Positions 23,951 to 37,579 of a stretch of 64,000 nt of DNA are shown in pieces. The notes under the pieces are model-generated. The model searched no databases. It was not told the origin of the DNA and saw only the letters and a program-made list of their open reading frames with translations. This stretch comes from Camelus ferus. Its lineage: Eukaryota. Position numbers and translations under genes: made by a program. Location: assembly GCF_009834535.1 (NCBI RefSeq), contig NC_045697.1, positions 88,972,001-89,036,000 on the forward strand, given 5' to 3'. Every line of letters begins with the position of its first letter. Position 1 is the stretch's first letter.

Positions 23951-26900
23951 AGGAGTCAGAGAAGGAAAAAATAGAGACATAAAAAGAAGAGGCATACAGT
24001 GGACATTTGAGTAGTAACCAGAAGTGTATAAGCCAAATGTCAACATCAGTCGGGTATTATATATAGATGATGTTTGAATCCAATTTAAAATTTGTTCTGG
24101 AAGAAAGTGCCAATTGGATAGTAAACTACAGTTTATTTTTCCAACATTGTGACAGAATTGATGGTCTAGTGAGCCTTTAAAACACCATTTTCACAATAAA
24201 ACTAGTTCTTGGCTTTTCTTTTATTGTATACAGTTTTGATTTACTGAGTTGAATTCTGCAGTTCTAAGTTGAAAACTTTATGAACAGAACTATTCCCTTT
24301 GGCATTTATATTCTCTTCTCATAACAGGTGCTTTTATTTCATTTCAGAAGAACAGACTTTTCCCTATAAATCAATATAGCATTTCTTCTTTCTTCATTAC
24401 AATGTCAGCTTCTAGTTTTATTACATTCCGTTGGATTACACTCTGTACGGGTGCCGAACATATTTATAATATTGGCGGATCAGTTCCCAGCATTTGTTTA
24501 TTTTTTTTTCCTTAACAAGACAAGCACTGTGCATATTCTTTTTTAAAACTGATGGGAAAAGTAATTTTAAGTAACTTATCAAAGGGCTCACATCTTTAAC
24601 AAGTTTTCAATTTTATCTAAAGGAAACAGATCCTTCTAATATGCAACTTCTGCATCTACTTAACTCACTACATATCTTTGTGAAACTAATTTGCCATCTT
24701 TATGGAACATGAGAGAGATCTACTGGGTATGACATTGCTGGTATAGCTTCAGGGACAGACAATTCACGATTAATTAAATCATGCTTAACATGTTGCAGCC
24801 ATAACTGTGAAGTTCTTGAAAAATGGCTTTACTCTTGGAAGCATTACTACTGAGAACTTTAATGAGGAGAAATCTTAATACCAAATGATGGAAGTGGGAA
24901 ATACAATTTCCAGCCTCATAAATTAGATAGTTCTGCTCTTTGATTTCATAATAATGAAAACCTGAGATTTATAGATGGTAATATGATGTATGTATGCCTC
25001 AGGGCTTTGGAGGGCAGAGAGATACTTCGTATAACTTTTTACAAAGTATTCTTTTTAATTTATCATTTCTCAATAATACTCTGTTTGGAAAATTCAGTTG
25101 CTGAAAAAGAGAATTCATCTTTGACAAAACCACGTTGTTGTAATATTTATAATGAAGTGAACTAAAGAAGACATTTGCAATGCCACACGTGCTGTCTCCA
25201 CCAGTGACTCTCCTGAGTGTTCCCTCATCTCTATCACAGTCTACCTAGCAAATGATAGCAGTACTTGCAGGGCACACATGGTAAACTGACAGATCTACTG
25301 CCGGAAGGGAAGGGAGATGCTGGTTGCTGCGAGGAACCCTACTCAGTGTGGGTGAGAACCTCTGCTCTCTAAAATATATGCTCTAAAATATAACTATGAT
25401 TTTTAGGCAGTTCTCCCAAAAAAGTCTATAGGCAAAGAGGATTTGTGACACATGTGAAGTCAATATACATTAAGTATATATAATTTTCACAAGTCATTTG
25501 ACTTCATTTAGAATTACTTCCATTATGATTCCTTTTTCTTGTTCCCCTATAATTCACTATCACTGTCAAGTTCTTCTCATAGTCATTACTATCCTTACTT
25601 CCTATTATCTCTAGTATCCCTATATTCTTTGAACCCAGGTGCAGCATTTTTGTTTCTACTTATGTAAACCTTTGAAAAATGTACTATATTTCTTTCATTA
25701 GTAAATAAATTTACTAAGCTTCACAAAATTGTCTTGATCTATAACTTGGGACATAGGAACAGTCGGTAAAGGTTATTGTTTTCTTCTTCACGGTATCATG
25801 GTCTTAATCTGTGTGGCATTGAGAAGATCTAGGTAGAGAGGATCTGAACTCTAGATTCAAGGAAGACTGAATTAAGAGAGTTGATTTAGAGTCCTCTAAA
25901 TATGGGAGCACATATATAAATATATAAATCCAGACAAAGGGACACAGGGACAATGAGTTCTGTTCTCTCAACTGGAGTTCAAGATGTTATTATCAAAATG
26001 GGGAATGAATAGTAAAGAGTTAAGGCAGCCAGAATCAAGTTAATTCAAGAAAAAAGTAGGCTTTAAGGGCAATCTAAATCTAAATCTAAGAATTACCTGA
26101 GCCTCAAAAAAGAAATGTTAGTCAGTGGCTGATTGGTGTCCCCAAATCAAAGCAGCACAAGCATCAAGGATGACAGGATTCTGATGTGGAAGGTTAACAA
26201 CAACATACCTCCTATTTCATTCCACATGTTAGGCTGTGATGGTCCACAGTTCAGTGACAGCATTGAGTGAATTAGTGGCTGAGTAAAAGCTTATTTGAAA
26301 AGGTCAGACAGATAGAGACCAGAGATTCTTGTCAGAAATTACACCATTACCCAGTTGGTGATTTAGAGTAGTATAAGGAAGCGTGTTGACCTGGGTTGGC
26401 CTTTGAAATGCCACTGAAGAAACAAAGGATTGGTAAGTTGTTCCTTCATTTGTTTCTTCCTGCAATCACTTGCTATTAAAAAACAACTTCCTGGTTATTG
26501 GATACAGAATATTATCCTGCTATAGGATACCTTAACCCCTAATCTAACCCTTATCACCCCTTACATACAATCACACACACACACACACACATATTTTTTT
26601 TCAAGCTACGCAAAGCAGTCCCCAAACTGTTCATCATCTTGCTCAATTGCTTTAAATGTTCTCGAAGTCCTCAATATTTTGCTAAACACATGATGTTACC
26701 CAGAGTGGAACACATTATGATCAGGAGACCATCACTTCTCTGAGCTTCACAGAGCCATGGTATACTGTGGACTCATATCAAGCTTACAGTCAGCTAGTCT
26801 TTGCCTCTGTCCTCCATTCTTTCCTCTACATAAAAGGTTTTTCCCAATCATACACAAAATCCCTTTAGGGACTTGCCCAAATAACCTGCAGTAAACTCCT

Positions 26901-27489
26901 ACCTTATATTGCCTTTTGACAGTCTTGGTTCTTTTAACTGTTTACCTTGTGGTTCAATCTCCTTCTACAACATCTTATAAATAAATGTTAGTTATAGTTT
27001 TTGTTTGTTCCTCTAAATTTTTTTTTAGTTTTTTCAGCTAACTGACTTGTTTAGCTGAAAAAAAAAAAAAACCCTAAAGATAAGCTGAATTTCTGGGCTG
27101 TTTAAACTTGAATGTTGTGCTCCCAATTTATGGTAAAAGCATCCTATTGGTAAGAACAGCATCCAAATATTTTTAAGTAAAGTATTCCCATAGTGTACTG
27201 GCACATTTCATGCTATAATGTGCCTCTAGATTTAAGAACACGACATCACCCTATCATCTTGAAGTAGTCTTATGAGGGGAAAAAAAAACTAATACTGATT
27301 AAGCCTGTAGACCCAAATACCAATATAAAAGTAATAATACAGGGAGAAAAAAATTCTGTATTATACCACAAAACCCAAATAGTGAGACACTCTAAATGAC
27401 AAATACATTTTAACAAAAAAATACATTGGTAGGTAATCTATACATTAAAAGTTGAAAACATTTACTTTATTTTTAAATTGAAAAACTGA

Positions 27490-27752
27490 ACATTATTGAA
27501 TGTTCGATGATGTCAAGAAATTACTGTTTTTAATTGTGGTAATGGCACGGTGGCGATATTTTTAAAAAGAGGCTGTACCTTTTAGAGATCATAATGACAT
27601 GTTTACAGGTAAAAAGATACAACTTCTAATATTGCCTTCAAAATAATCCATAAAGAGAGGACTAACAATTGTTCAAGTTGATAGATGGTTATTTGGGAGT
27701 TTGTTGTGTTATTCTGTGTGTTTTTGTATATGTTGATGTTTCACATAAAAAA
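27490..27752 (+). mobile_element. L1ME/L1MC-type 3' end
   Basis: 'tttaattgtggtaatggcacggtgg...ttttagagatc...ttgccttcaaaataatcc...ttttgtatatgttgatgtttcacataaaaa'. Confidence 0.7.
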
Positions 27753-28879
27753 CATACATATGTGAGGTTTTTTTAGAGTATCTTATTGTTAAATGCTGGT
27801 GTAAAAGCATACACACACACACAAAATATACAAAAGGGATCATATAAGAAGCTTCTTTTTTGATTTAGGGTTCTAAAGCAATCCATTTCTACCAATAGTG
27901 GGTTTAGGCAATATTGAGAAAAAATAACTTCAAAGTGAAAATGAAATAATAACATGCTGAAATAAATGTTGGAGAGTATAAAATGTGCATCACATGGCAT
28001 GCTTATCTTTGATTAATGATATAATGAAGGAGATAGATAATTAAGTAACTAAAAAACAAGGTGTTTAATGTTCTAATGTATGAAAATCAGTTGCACTGTG
28101 GAAACAAAGGAAACTGTGACTAATTCTGCCTACTTAGATAAAATAAGAGATACTTGGAAGGAAAGACAGACCAAGAGGGCTAAAATGTAGGTTGATACTT
28201 GATTCTGAAAATTTATGAATAATATGCACCCCCAAATTGAAGTTAATCATGCAGGGGAGTCTTATAGAGTTCTTTATTATAGCAAATTATCTTTAAAAAT
28301 AGAAAAGCTAAAATATTTTGGTAATTTTGTGGAGTATGAATAGGAAAGGGAAGGACGAAGACAAGAGGCTTGGTCAAAAGGCTATTTTGAATACATATGT
28401 GCATGCACACACAGTGTGAATGTATTACTGGAGCTCTCGGGGTTTTGTTTGTTTTGGGGGGTTTTTTGGTCTTGTACACAAGACTTCTACACAATAGTAG
28501 TTGCATACGCAGGTTTACCAAAAATTGTAAAGATAAGATCAGCACTATCCTGTTCAAACTTCTCTGTGGAACAATGGATTTGAAATTGAGCATCCATCTA
28601 CATACGTGTTAGTATAATCATAACTACTCAGATTTGACTAATATATGTCTTGAGTACTTTGTTCAGTCGGCTAAAATATATACATATATATAAATCATTA
28701 TATTTTGCAAAACTGTACTTAATAATTTTGCCAAACAAATCGATATCATATTTTAAAACTAATAACTAGCTTCATTTTCTAAGAAAAATTCTCTTAAATA
28801 AGGAGAATTATTAGTAATCCATATTAGTTGATTCCAGGATTAGTGCCACCAGGAAAGATATTCCAGATTTCAGTAGGTT

Positions 28880-29350
28880 TTGCAGATGGAAGTTTATTCT
28901 CTCTCATGTTAACAGTTCAATGGTAGGCAGGCATCCAGGGCTGGTAAGCAGCCCCATCAGTGTCTTTACACAACTAACGTGGGGGCCCAACATGGCTGCT
29001 CCATCTCTGGCACCTCCTAGTTAGTGAAAAGGGGGTGAGAAACTTGGGGAGTGATGCTTATTTGTTTTAGAGCAAGACCTGGAACTAGTGTATTTTTTAA
29101 AAATTTCATTTTCTCCCTCTTCCTAAAATGTAAATTATGCTTATCATGTACAAGGTACTGCTTTAAACCTTTACAGGACTTGACAGCTGAGAACATGAGG
29201 CACACAGTGTTGGAGTGGCCAGAACTAGTCACAAAGGAAGCTGGGAGATACAGCCTTTAGTTTGACAACCATGTACCCGACTAAAAGAAAGTCTATTACT
29301 GTGGAAGAAGAGGAGAACAAATACTGAGGAGCCTCTAAGCGTTTGCTACA
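28880..29350 (-). mobile_element. Old MaLR LTR (MLT1J/K-like), interrupted
   Basis: 'gaagtttattctctctcatg...caacatggctgctcca' and 'ggccagaactagtcacaaaggaagctgggagatacagccttt...ctattactgtggaagaagaggagaa'. Confidence 0.65.
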
Positions 29351-31860
29351 GAAACTAAAAAAAAAAATTACATAGAGAAGAAAAAAATGAATACTGAAGT
29401 TAAAGAAATATCTTAGTTAATTAAAGAAAGAAAATAGAGCGTCTGAGAAATACAGTGATAGTTTACAAAAGTTCTTCCTGTTCTTTTTAAATTTACTCCT
29501 GGAGTGTTTATATTTCATAAACAGAGTATTGTTCAGCTGAACCAAAAAAAGAGAAAAATAGATGTAAGACACATAGTTATTTTCTTCTAGAATGCCCCTT
29601 TTTTCTCCTTTAATGTACAAGGAAAAATTTATGATGTTTAATTATTCCCTTTAAAGTAGACATGCATATTGTTTTTTTCTTCTTCAAAATATTTTGAGAG
29701 GATTGAAGTATATAGCAAAGTATGTATTTTCCTTATTCTTAAATTCAAATTCAGTGTCATGAATTACTGTGAAAAAGGACCCTAAAGAAAATTGCTCAAA
29801 TGGTCTTGTCAGATTTTATAGTATAAAAGAAAATTACCTTGACCAAAATGAACATAAATATATATAAACTTAAAAAAAAACTTAGCGTTCCCCTATAGTA
29901 TATAGTATTTGTGACTAAACATAAAACTCACTTGATTGACTGTGCTTGTGGCTAGAAGCAGATAGACCAAGAGGAGGAAAAGAGAGCTATCAAATTGCAA
30001 GTAACTGCCAACTTTATGGCAGTGTCTAGTGAGAAGTTCTTTCTTAATCTCCACCCCCTGTCCTGACACGGAGTGTACAAATTACTCAAAATATTCTACT
30101 TCTGCCTTTCAGTTAAATACATATGAAACACACAGAAATGGAAACAAAGACAGACTTTGAACTTTTGATACTTCATGTGAACCTCCATTTTAAATATACA
30201 TTTCTCAGCTGTTAGCTCTCACTTCAGTTTCAAAGCAATATTTTTGACCTAACCTCCCTACTAGTCCTGTTATATGAAGCCAGTAAGTGTACTCTCCCAT
30301 GGGATCCTTGAAAAATGACTTAATTTGACAAAGAAATAATCTCCCTCTCACTCCCTCTTTCTCGCTTTCTTTTTTTTTTTTTTTTGACCATAAGCCAATG
30401 TTAAACCTGAAAAGTGATACTCTACCCTTATATCAGCTGACTTCCCAAAGGTAAATAACTAGAAAAGACTTACTAAATAAGCTATGTAAGGACACTTTAG
30501 GATTCCTTTATGGTACTTTCAGTCTAATTGGGCAGGTACAGTAAATCCTGGGGCCGAATAAGTAGCTATAATAATACAGATGTCTATTTTTTGGCTCATA
30601 AAATTGAGGAAAAAAACATAAGCTCTATGTTGTTTTTAAATTGCAGCAAAAGCTGAATTTAAAACTTTATATAAATTTCAGTCTGACATATGAGAATACA
30701 GTGTGAAATGCCAGTTTTAGCTATAAGATTTGCTTGCCTATAAAAAAGAAAGCAAAAGCAAAAATAACAGATATGTTTAGTGTCTGATTATTATTTTCCA
30801 TTGCTTCTTTCTATTACCAACAATTTAATAGCAGGTGATTATTTGTTTTTAAATTAAAAATAGAAAGAATAAATGCTTGGAAAAACTTCACTGTCATGAG
30901 TCTACAAACTCAGAGCCTCTAGAAGCTTTGGTCAGTTCACAGTATCTCCACCTTATGAATAAAACAAACTTAACTTGTTTTAGTTGATCTTGTTTTCAGA
31001 TTTCTATTCTATGAGAACATAATTGTCCAGTTGCAGAAAATAGATCTGTGTACAATAAATACTGGTAAAATTTCCAAATATTTTGACTAAGGCATTTTTA
31101 TTTCCTATATTTAGTATTTTTCTTGGTTTCTTACAAGAAACATGTCAAACAATTGTATTGTTCTTGATTGATGATATTTCTATTCTTTTCTGGGAGGTCT
31201 AATAGAGTATAGGAAATAATGATAGACAAAAAAATGTTTTACAGTCAGCCTGTTTTCTGTTTTTGTTCTGTGAAATACATTTTAATCTCTTTTTATATCA
31301 TTTATATACTTCTTACCTTTGATTAAGTTCCAGGAAGATAAGAAACCATCAATATGGGGTGGGGGAAAGTCGTAAGAACCTTAAAACTCTAATCCAGTGA
31401 TTTTTGCATTTGTGTTTTTTAATTGAATGCCACAAATTTTTAGAGGTAATAAACTAAACTGAACAGGTTGTGAATGATACTTTTAAAGAAAAAAAATCAA
31501 AAAGTTAAAAAAAGAATGCATCACATGTGGTAGAAGTAAATAGAGTTTGGGGAAAATTTTGTTTCAGTTTGTATATGTGTGTGTACTGGGTAAAATGCGT
31601 TTCTTTCTTCAGGGCATGGCCAAAAGGTCTGACAAAACTAAACTAGGTGAAGTTCAGAGGCCCCTCAGTATATTCAAGCTGCCTTTTGACCCTAGCTAGT
31701 CCCTTCTCAGTACACCAAGGAAAGTTGAAAACCTCGTATCTAAAATCGCTGATTTTGGTAACCAGGCAAAACTAAAGAATACAACTTTCTTCCAGGAGAA
31801 TAACAGACCCAGTCTCCAAACAGCCTAGGATACTGTTGCAGTATTTCATACCTGAATAAA

Positions 31861-31885
31861 AAATAATAATAATAATAATAAATAA
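31861..31885. repeat. (AAT)n microsatellite
   Basis: Directly visible. Confidence 0.9.
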
Positions 31886-32294
31886 CCCACAAGCTGGGTT
31901 TGTTTTATGATTTAAAATAACAGTTTCTACCAACTTTACCTCAAAATACCTATGAATAAAATGGAAAAGTGAAAAACAATAGGAATATCAGAAATTGAGT
32001 CTATTAAATAAAGTAATGCTGGAATCTAGGATACCTCTCCATTAACTATAAGGCAGATAGAGTTGGGTGTTTCAAAAGAAATTGTCTTAGGTTTCAGCCT
32101 AAAAGAAGGTAGAAATTCTCTTTATAATATGCCCGTTTTTAAAAGAACTTCAGGGGTTTAACCAGAAAATTTGGCATCCATTTTGAAACTCTTTTTGATT
32201 GAGTCTTGACATTTTTAGAAAGTCAGAGTAATTAACTATATTAATAGCTAACACTGAATTAAACAATATCTGTAGTGGCATGTATTTTATAGAA

Positions 32295-32425
32295 ATTAGT
32301 ATCATCTGCATTTTGTCAATGAGGAAACTGGGAGAGAATTAAGCAACGTGGCTAAAGTCACACTCCTATTAAGTAATAAAGCAAAATTTGACCCCAGCTC
32401 TCTGCCCCCTAGTCTGCATGTCAAG
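32295..32425 (-). mobile_element. MIR SINE
   Basis: 'cattttgtcaatgaggaaactggg...aattaagcaacgtggctaaagtcacac...atttgaccccag'. Confidence 0.8.
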
Positions 32426-34889
32426 ACCACCATGGCGCACCACCAATGATATTGCTCTAAAAATCATGTATTTGAGAATCCAAAGTAAATTTCAGGAAAA
32501 GGTTTAATATTTTCAATCTACTTTAAGAATCCTAAGAAGTATAATCCATTGACTGAAACCAGTCTTTCAATCTTCAGAAGGACAAGGGTTTTTACATAAA
32601 TATCTTTAATAAATTAATAATTATGGCCTTTTAAAAGTCACAAGGGGAGAAGAGCTGAAACAAAATGCCAATAGGATGAGATGGAAAGGGAAATTAATAA
32701 ACAAAAGAGGTATTCACAAAAACCTAAAACAAAGAAAATAGAATAAAACTGTATACCAATGGATATAAAAGCAAGACTAACTGAGAAACCTGATACAATT
32801 TTAAATGACAAAGTGCCATCAATATGCTAGCATCTAGATAATGTCATGAAAAAGAATGTGTGTGCTCAAAATTTCATATAATGCATTTAACACATGTATG
32901 AATGCAAATACATGAATCCTTAGTTATGAAAAACTAAGAAAAATATCACATATGTATCTTTGAAAATTACTTTCTAAAAATGTACTATTTCTCAAGAATT
33001 GTATTATCTCTTTAATCAGAGAAAATTATATAGAGATGTAGATATGGATGTGAACATAAATATAAACTGTATTTATAGAAATTAAATATGAAATATGAAT
33101 ATATATATTTTAAATCAGCACTTATTAATATGAATGTAAGTCAGCAAATTACATTTAGGTAAAGTTTAAGTTAATATTAATTTTATTATATTATATAAAC
33201 ACAATTATACTTTCAAAGAACACAGGAAGAAATACCCTAAAACACCAAAAGCATTTGTCTGTTACAGTAAGTCTATGGATAACTTTTTTTTTTTCTTCTT
33301 TTGGATATTCTAAATATTCTGTTGAGAATCATTAATGATTTCCTAGGAGGGATTAAAGTATACTTGTAAATAGCTAGAGAGAAAGCCCTGCTGGTCCCAC
33401 CCCTCCTCCAGAAAATCAATGTGAGAGCTGAACAAGAGTCTCAAGTACCTACTCACAGTCCAATAAGGTGCAACATCGGAATCCTCACTCCCTTGCTGTT
33501 AATCTCAATTAGCCGTAAGTCCTGAATTTCCCTGCAAGACTTCCTGGAAGGGAGTGTAAAGAGCATGGAGAAGATGCAGCCATCCTGTCCTTGTAATGTT
33601 TGCTTTTGTTTTTATTTTGTTGTGTTCACTTTACCCGGCTTTATTTTCCTTCGGTCACCTGGTCCAAAAAAAAATCTTTCAACAACTAGGAACTTTTAAA
33701 CTAAACTGTTCAGCTCAAGTGAGTTAGCCAGTCCTGATGGTATTAGAAAATAGGACAACCTTGAAATAATATAACCTCAAGTTCCAAAAGTTGAATGATC
33801 GCACTTTCTTTGACCCTTACATATATTGTGACACACACTCATGGTGCCTGAAAAAAATCCTCCTCTGGCATGTGGCAGAGGAGATTTAAAAGGCCCTCTT
33901 TAGCGAACTTTTCCCTGGGCTTTATTTACAGGAATCCTAGTTTTAATAAAAAAACAAATTACCTCATGTCCCAAGCTTTTGGCCCAATTTTTGATCCAGC
34001 TACAAGGCATATAACTTTAGAAGATAAAAGGTCAGCAAGCCACAGTGATATCCAAAGAAATGAGAACATTTCTGATACCAAACTCACAAGTGTGTGTTAC
34101 AATTGAAATTTAATCCAAATGAACTGTAATTCCTGAAAAGATAACCATTTTTATAAAGTGCATCTAGAACTACAAATTGGAGGGTCTTCCTTGACAGATT
34201 TTAAATGACATGTAATCACTCATTAGCAAATAATTCATGGGAACTTGCATGACTGAATAGTTCTATTGACAAAAGATATATCTGAATAAAAGGAAAAAAA
34301 CTCGCTTAATCAGTTCATTTTCAAAACTTTGTAATATTAAATTTCACTTTTAGAGAAATATTGAGATGTAGTTACAATCATTAACAATTGAGGAGCATGC
34401 ATTATTGAGAATAAAAAGTTCTAATTTGCATATATAAATGTTCAGGTTTTGTGTCTTAAACTTCATTAAAAGTAAATTGCTTCCGTTTCCACTTACCCTG
34501 CTCTGCTGAAACTTCTGTCTGTGAGTTTTGCATAAAAATACAAGAAACCAAGAAAAGATGTTGAAAGTCTTTGTGCCTTTTGATAAAAGGAGTGCTAGTG
34601 GAGGTGGGGGTTGCAAATGAAAAACTTCTAACAACAGGAACATGTGCCTTTTGTCCACTTTGGTTTGTTGTTGTTTCTGTTTGGATGAAGGTATATATTA
34701 GTTCAATGGAAAATGTATGAAAATATACATTGTTGGAAAGAAATAGTAATATAGTAGCAAGGGAGCTAAGAAAACTGGTTCCTTACTGGAAACGTCCTCA
34801 ATGCTGGGCATTCTTAAATGACAGAGACTGATTTGTGAGACTTGTGTACATGTAAACCTAACTGAGGACCTGTTGGTTTTGGGTCCTGC

Positions 34890-35328
34890 TGTTGGGGGAG
34901 AATAGGTTCTTGTCTCACACACGAAAGAATTCAAGAGCAAGGCATGGTAAAGTGAAAGCAAGTTTATTTAGACAGACAGAGTGCGGGCCGCCACAGAAGG
35001 TAAGAGAAAGAGTGACAGAGCAAGAGCGATCAGGAGGTGCGGAGCTGTTAGGTTTTATGGGCTCAGTAATTTCACATGCTAATGGGTAGAAGGATTATTC
35101 CAATTACTTTGGGGAAGGGGCGAGGATTTTCAGGAACCCCCCCTGCCCACTTTTTGACCTTTCATAGTCAGCCTGGGAACTGTCATGGTGCCAGTGGGTG
35201 CGCCATGAGGCTCAAGGTCTACTGGAAGTTGAATCTTCCGCCATCTTGGTTCTGACCAGTCTGTCCTGTCCTCAACTGCTGTGTCACTTGTTCAGTGGTT
35301 GTGACCTGCCTCCTTTCCTCCCACTTCA
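34890..35328 (-). mobile_element. ERV1-like solo LTR (~440 bp)
   Basis: TG...CA termini, near-match 4-bp flanks ctgc/ctgg, antisense polyA signal tttatt at 34963-34968, 'ccgccatctt' YY1-type motif, retained CpGs. Confidence 0.8.
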
Positions 35329-35931
35329 CTGGCAATCTGGAATAGGAATAATGCTAAAGCTCTCCAGGAAAGTGAGTGTGAATGAGGTTAATAGACATTT
35401 TAAATGCTCACTTACTAGAAGTGATCCTTCATCTCCATTTATAAACATAGAACCTACTTATATGTCTCACACACACACACATTTAGTGAATTATATCCTA
35501 AAATATTCGTCTTTGTGCTTTTCTTTCCACACACATCAGTCTTCCACACTGAATCAAAGACAATTAAGATTCATATAGCTAAAAAGATATAAGATAGAAA
35601 GAATCAAATGTTCTGAATATCAAACAGTATCTTGGAATTAAAGAGATAATCTTGAAAACACTAATATCTTGCTTTTTAAGTATTATTTAGTAACAAACTA
35701 TATTTATTTAGTGTTGACTATTTAGTAAATTATAAAAGGAAATAGATAGAAAGACAGATGTGCTGTGCCCTTTGGCTGGAAGGGAATAACAGAAGAAATC
35801 CTGGGTAAGCCTGTGCCATGAAATGGGAGAAACAGACATGGAGGACCATGTGGAGAGGAGAGAAATCAGGATGAAGAGACTTCTAAGCCCCTTTATGGCC
35901 AGCTCGGGAAAATCTCATGGAAAAGTATCTT

Positions 35932-36975
35932 AAGTGTCTATTGCTTTATAACAAATCATCCTGCAATTTCATGGGTTAACTGAGAAAATGATTTGCTGTC
36001 TCTCACTGTTTCTGTGGATCATCAATTTGGATAGGATACCTCTGCTTCAGAATTTTTGAGGTCTTAACTGTACGACTTGAAGCCTGGAGGCTGTCATCTT
36101 CCAAAGACTTTTTCACTCATATCTTATCATCGAGCCTGGCTATTGTCTCAGATCTTACTTGAGGCTGTTAACGTACATACTCATCTCTCCTTGTCACTTG
36201 GTACTCCTTATACCATAGTGGCTGGGTTCTAAGAGTGAGTATCCTGAGAAAGAGAAAAAAGAGAGCAAGAGCACCAGGCAGAAGCCTCTCTGTTGATTCC
36301 AAAGTATTGAAACCAGGATCTTGACGAGATATTAGCCCTCCCATGTTCGTTGCAGCATTATTTACAGTAGCCAGTGTGGAAACAACCTAAATGTCTATCA
36401 ATGGCTGAATGAATGGCTAAAGAAAATGTGGTACATACATACAACAGACTATTGTTCTGCTATAAAAGAGAAGGAAATGCTACAATATGTAATAGTATGG
36501 ATAAACCTTGAGGTCATTATGCTAAGTGAAATAAGCCAGTCACAGAAAGCTAAATTCCACTTACATGAGGTATCTAAAATAGTCAGATTCATAGACTTAA
36601 AGAATGGCATGGTGGTTACCAGGGATTAAGGGAAAGGGGAAGTCAGGGGTTGCTAATCCACGGACATAAAGCTTCAGCTAAGCTAGATAAATAAGTTCTA
36701 GAAAGCTGCTGTACATCATTGTAATTATAGTTAGCAATACTGTATTGTACCCTTAAAAGTTTGTTAAGAAGACAGATCTCATGACAAATGTTCTTACCAC
36801 AATAAAATACTTTTTTTAAGGGAAAAAAAGAGTCACATAGCACCACAGCGTCACTTCCATATTACCCCAGTGGTTAGGGCAATTATAAATCCCTGCCTAG
36901 GTTCAAGAGAGGGAACACAGGTCCCATCAATTCATATACATATTTCCATCTTTGGAAAACACAATCTGCCAAACT
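35932..36975 (-). mobile_element. MaLR LTR (MLT1F/G/H-like) split by an L1 insertion
   Basis: LTR parts at ~35932-36290 ('ctattgctttataacaaatcatc...atagtggctgggttctaagagtgagtatcc') and ~36830-36975 ('cagcgtcacttccatatt...aggttcaagagaggga...ccatctttggaaaacacaatctgcc'). Confidence 0.75.
36295..36828 (+). mobile_element. L1MA8/9-like 3' end nested in the MaLR LTR
   Basis: ORF 36426..36629 'MWYIHTTDYCSAIKEKE...WINLEVIMLSEISQSQK'; terminus 'tttgttaagaagacagatctcatg...tgttcttaccacaataaaa'. Confidence 0.9.
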
Positions 36976-37579
36976 GAGGTGATGTCAGCAAACCATCCCT
37001 GATCACCCAAATGAGTACATCATGATGTCTGTGGGGAGAAGCCACAGCAGGTCTTCTCTTGGTCAAAGTTGGAATGAGAGCTTTCTTTGATAGTGGCTAT
37101 GAAGAATTTCCCGAGGAGGGTGTAAGCTTGTACCTCAGGACTTCGATGAGCCCCCATCCAATAGCCCCATATGACATTGGATATCCTCAAGCCCCATGAA
37201 ACTTCAGGTCAAGTCTCTGTCACCAGAAGAGTGTTGACAGTTTGAAAGGAAACACCCAAGCTCCAGTAATTATTGCACTAAAGAAAACTGTGTCAAGGGA
37301 GCCGATGCTAGATGCGCCCACATGTCACCTCTAGTCACATGACTTGTGATGGGTATAACTCATTGTCACCCGAGCTCCCTCCTTGTATCTAGAGGGCTGT
37401 TGTCCTTAAATGAAACTATCGGCATCATTTTTTTTTTTTTTTTAATTCCTCTCCTCACAGAAATCTCAAAAAGAGCTCAGAAGACCTGATATGGGAAAGA
37501 TGTTACTCCATTCCTCTCACTGTGTTTCTTTCTCACCAGCTCACCTCATAAAATCTATGTCTTTTCCAATTATAAAATA

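Noticed and set aside
26530..26563. Interstitial telomeric repeat
   Set aside because: Only a few degenerate CCCTAA-like units; chance level
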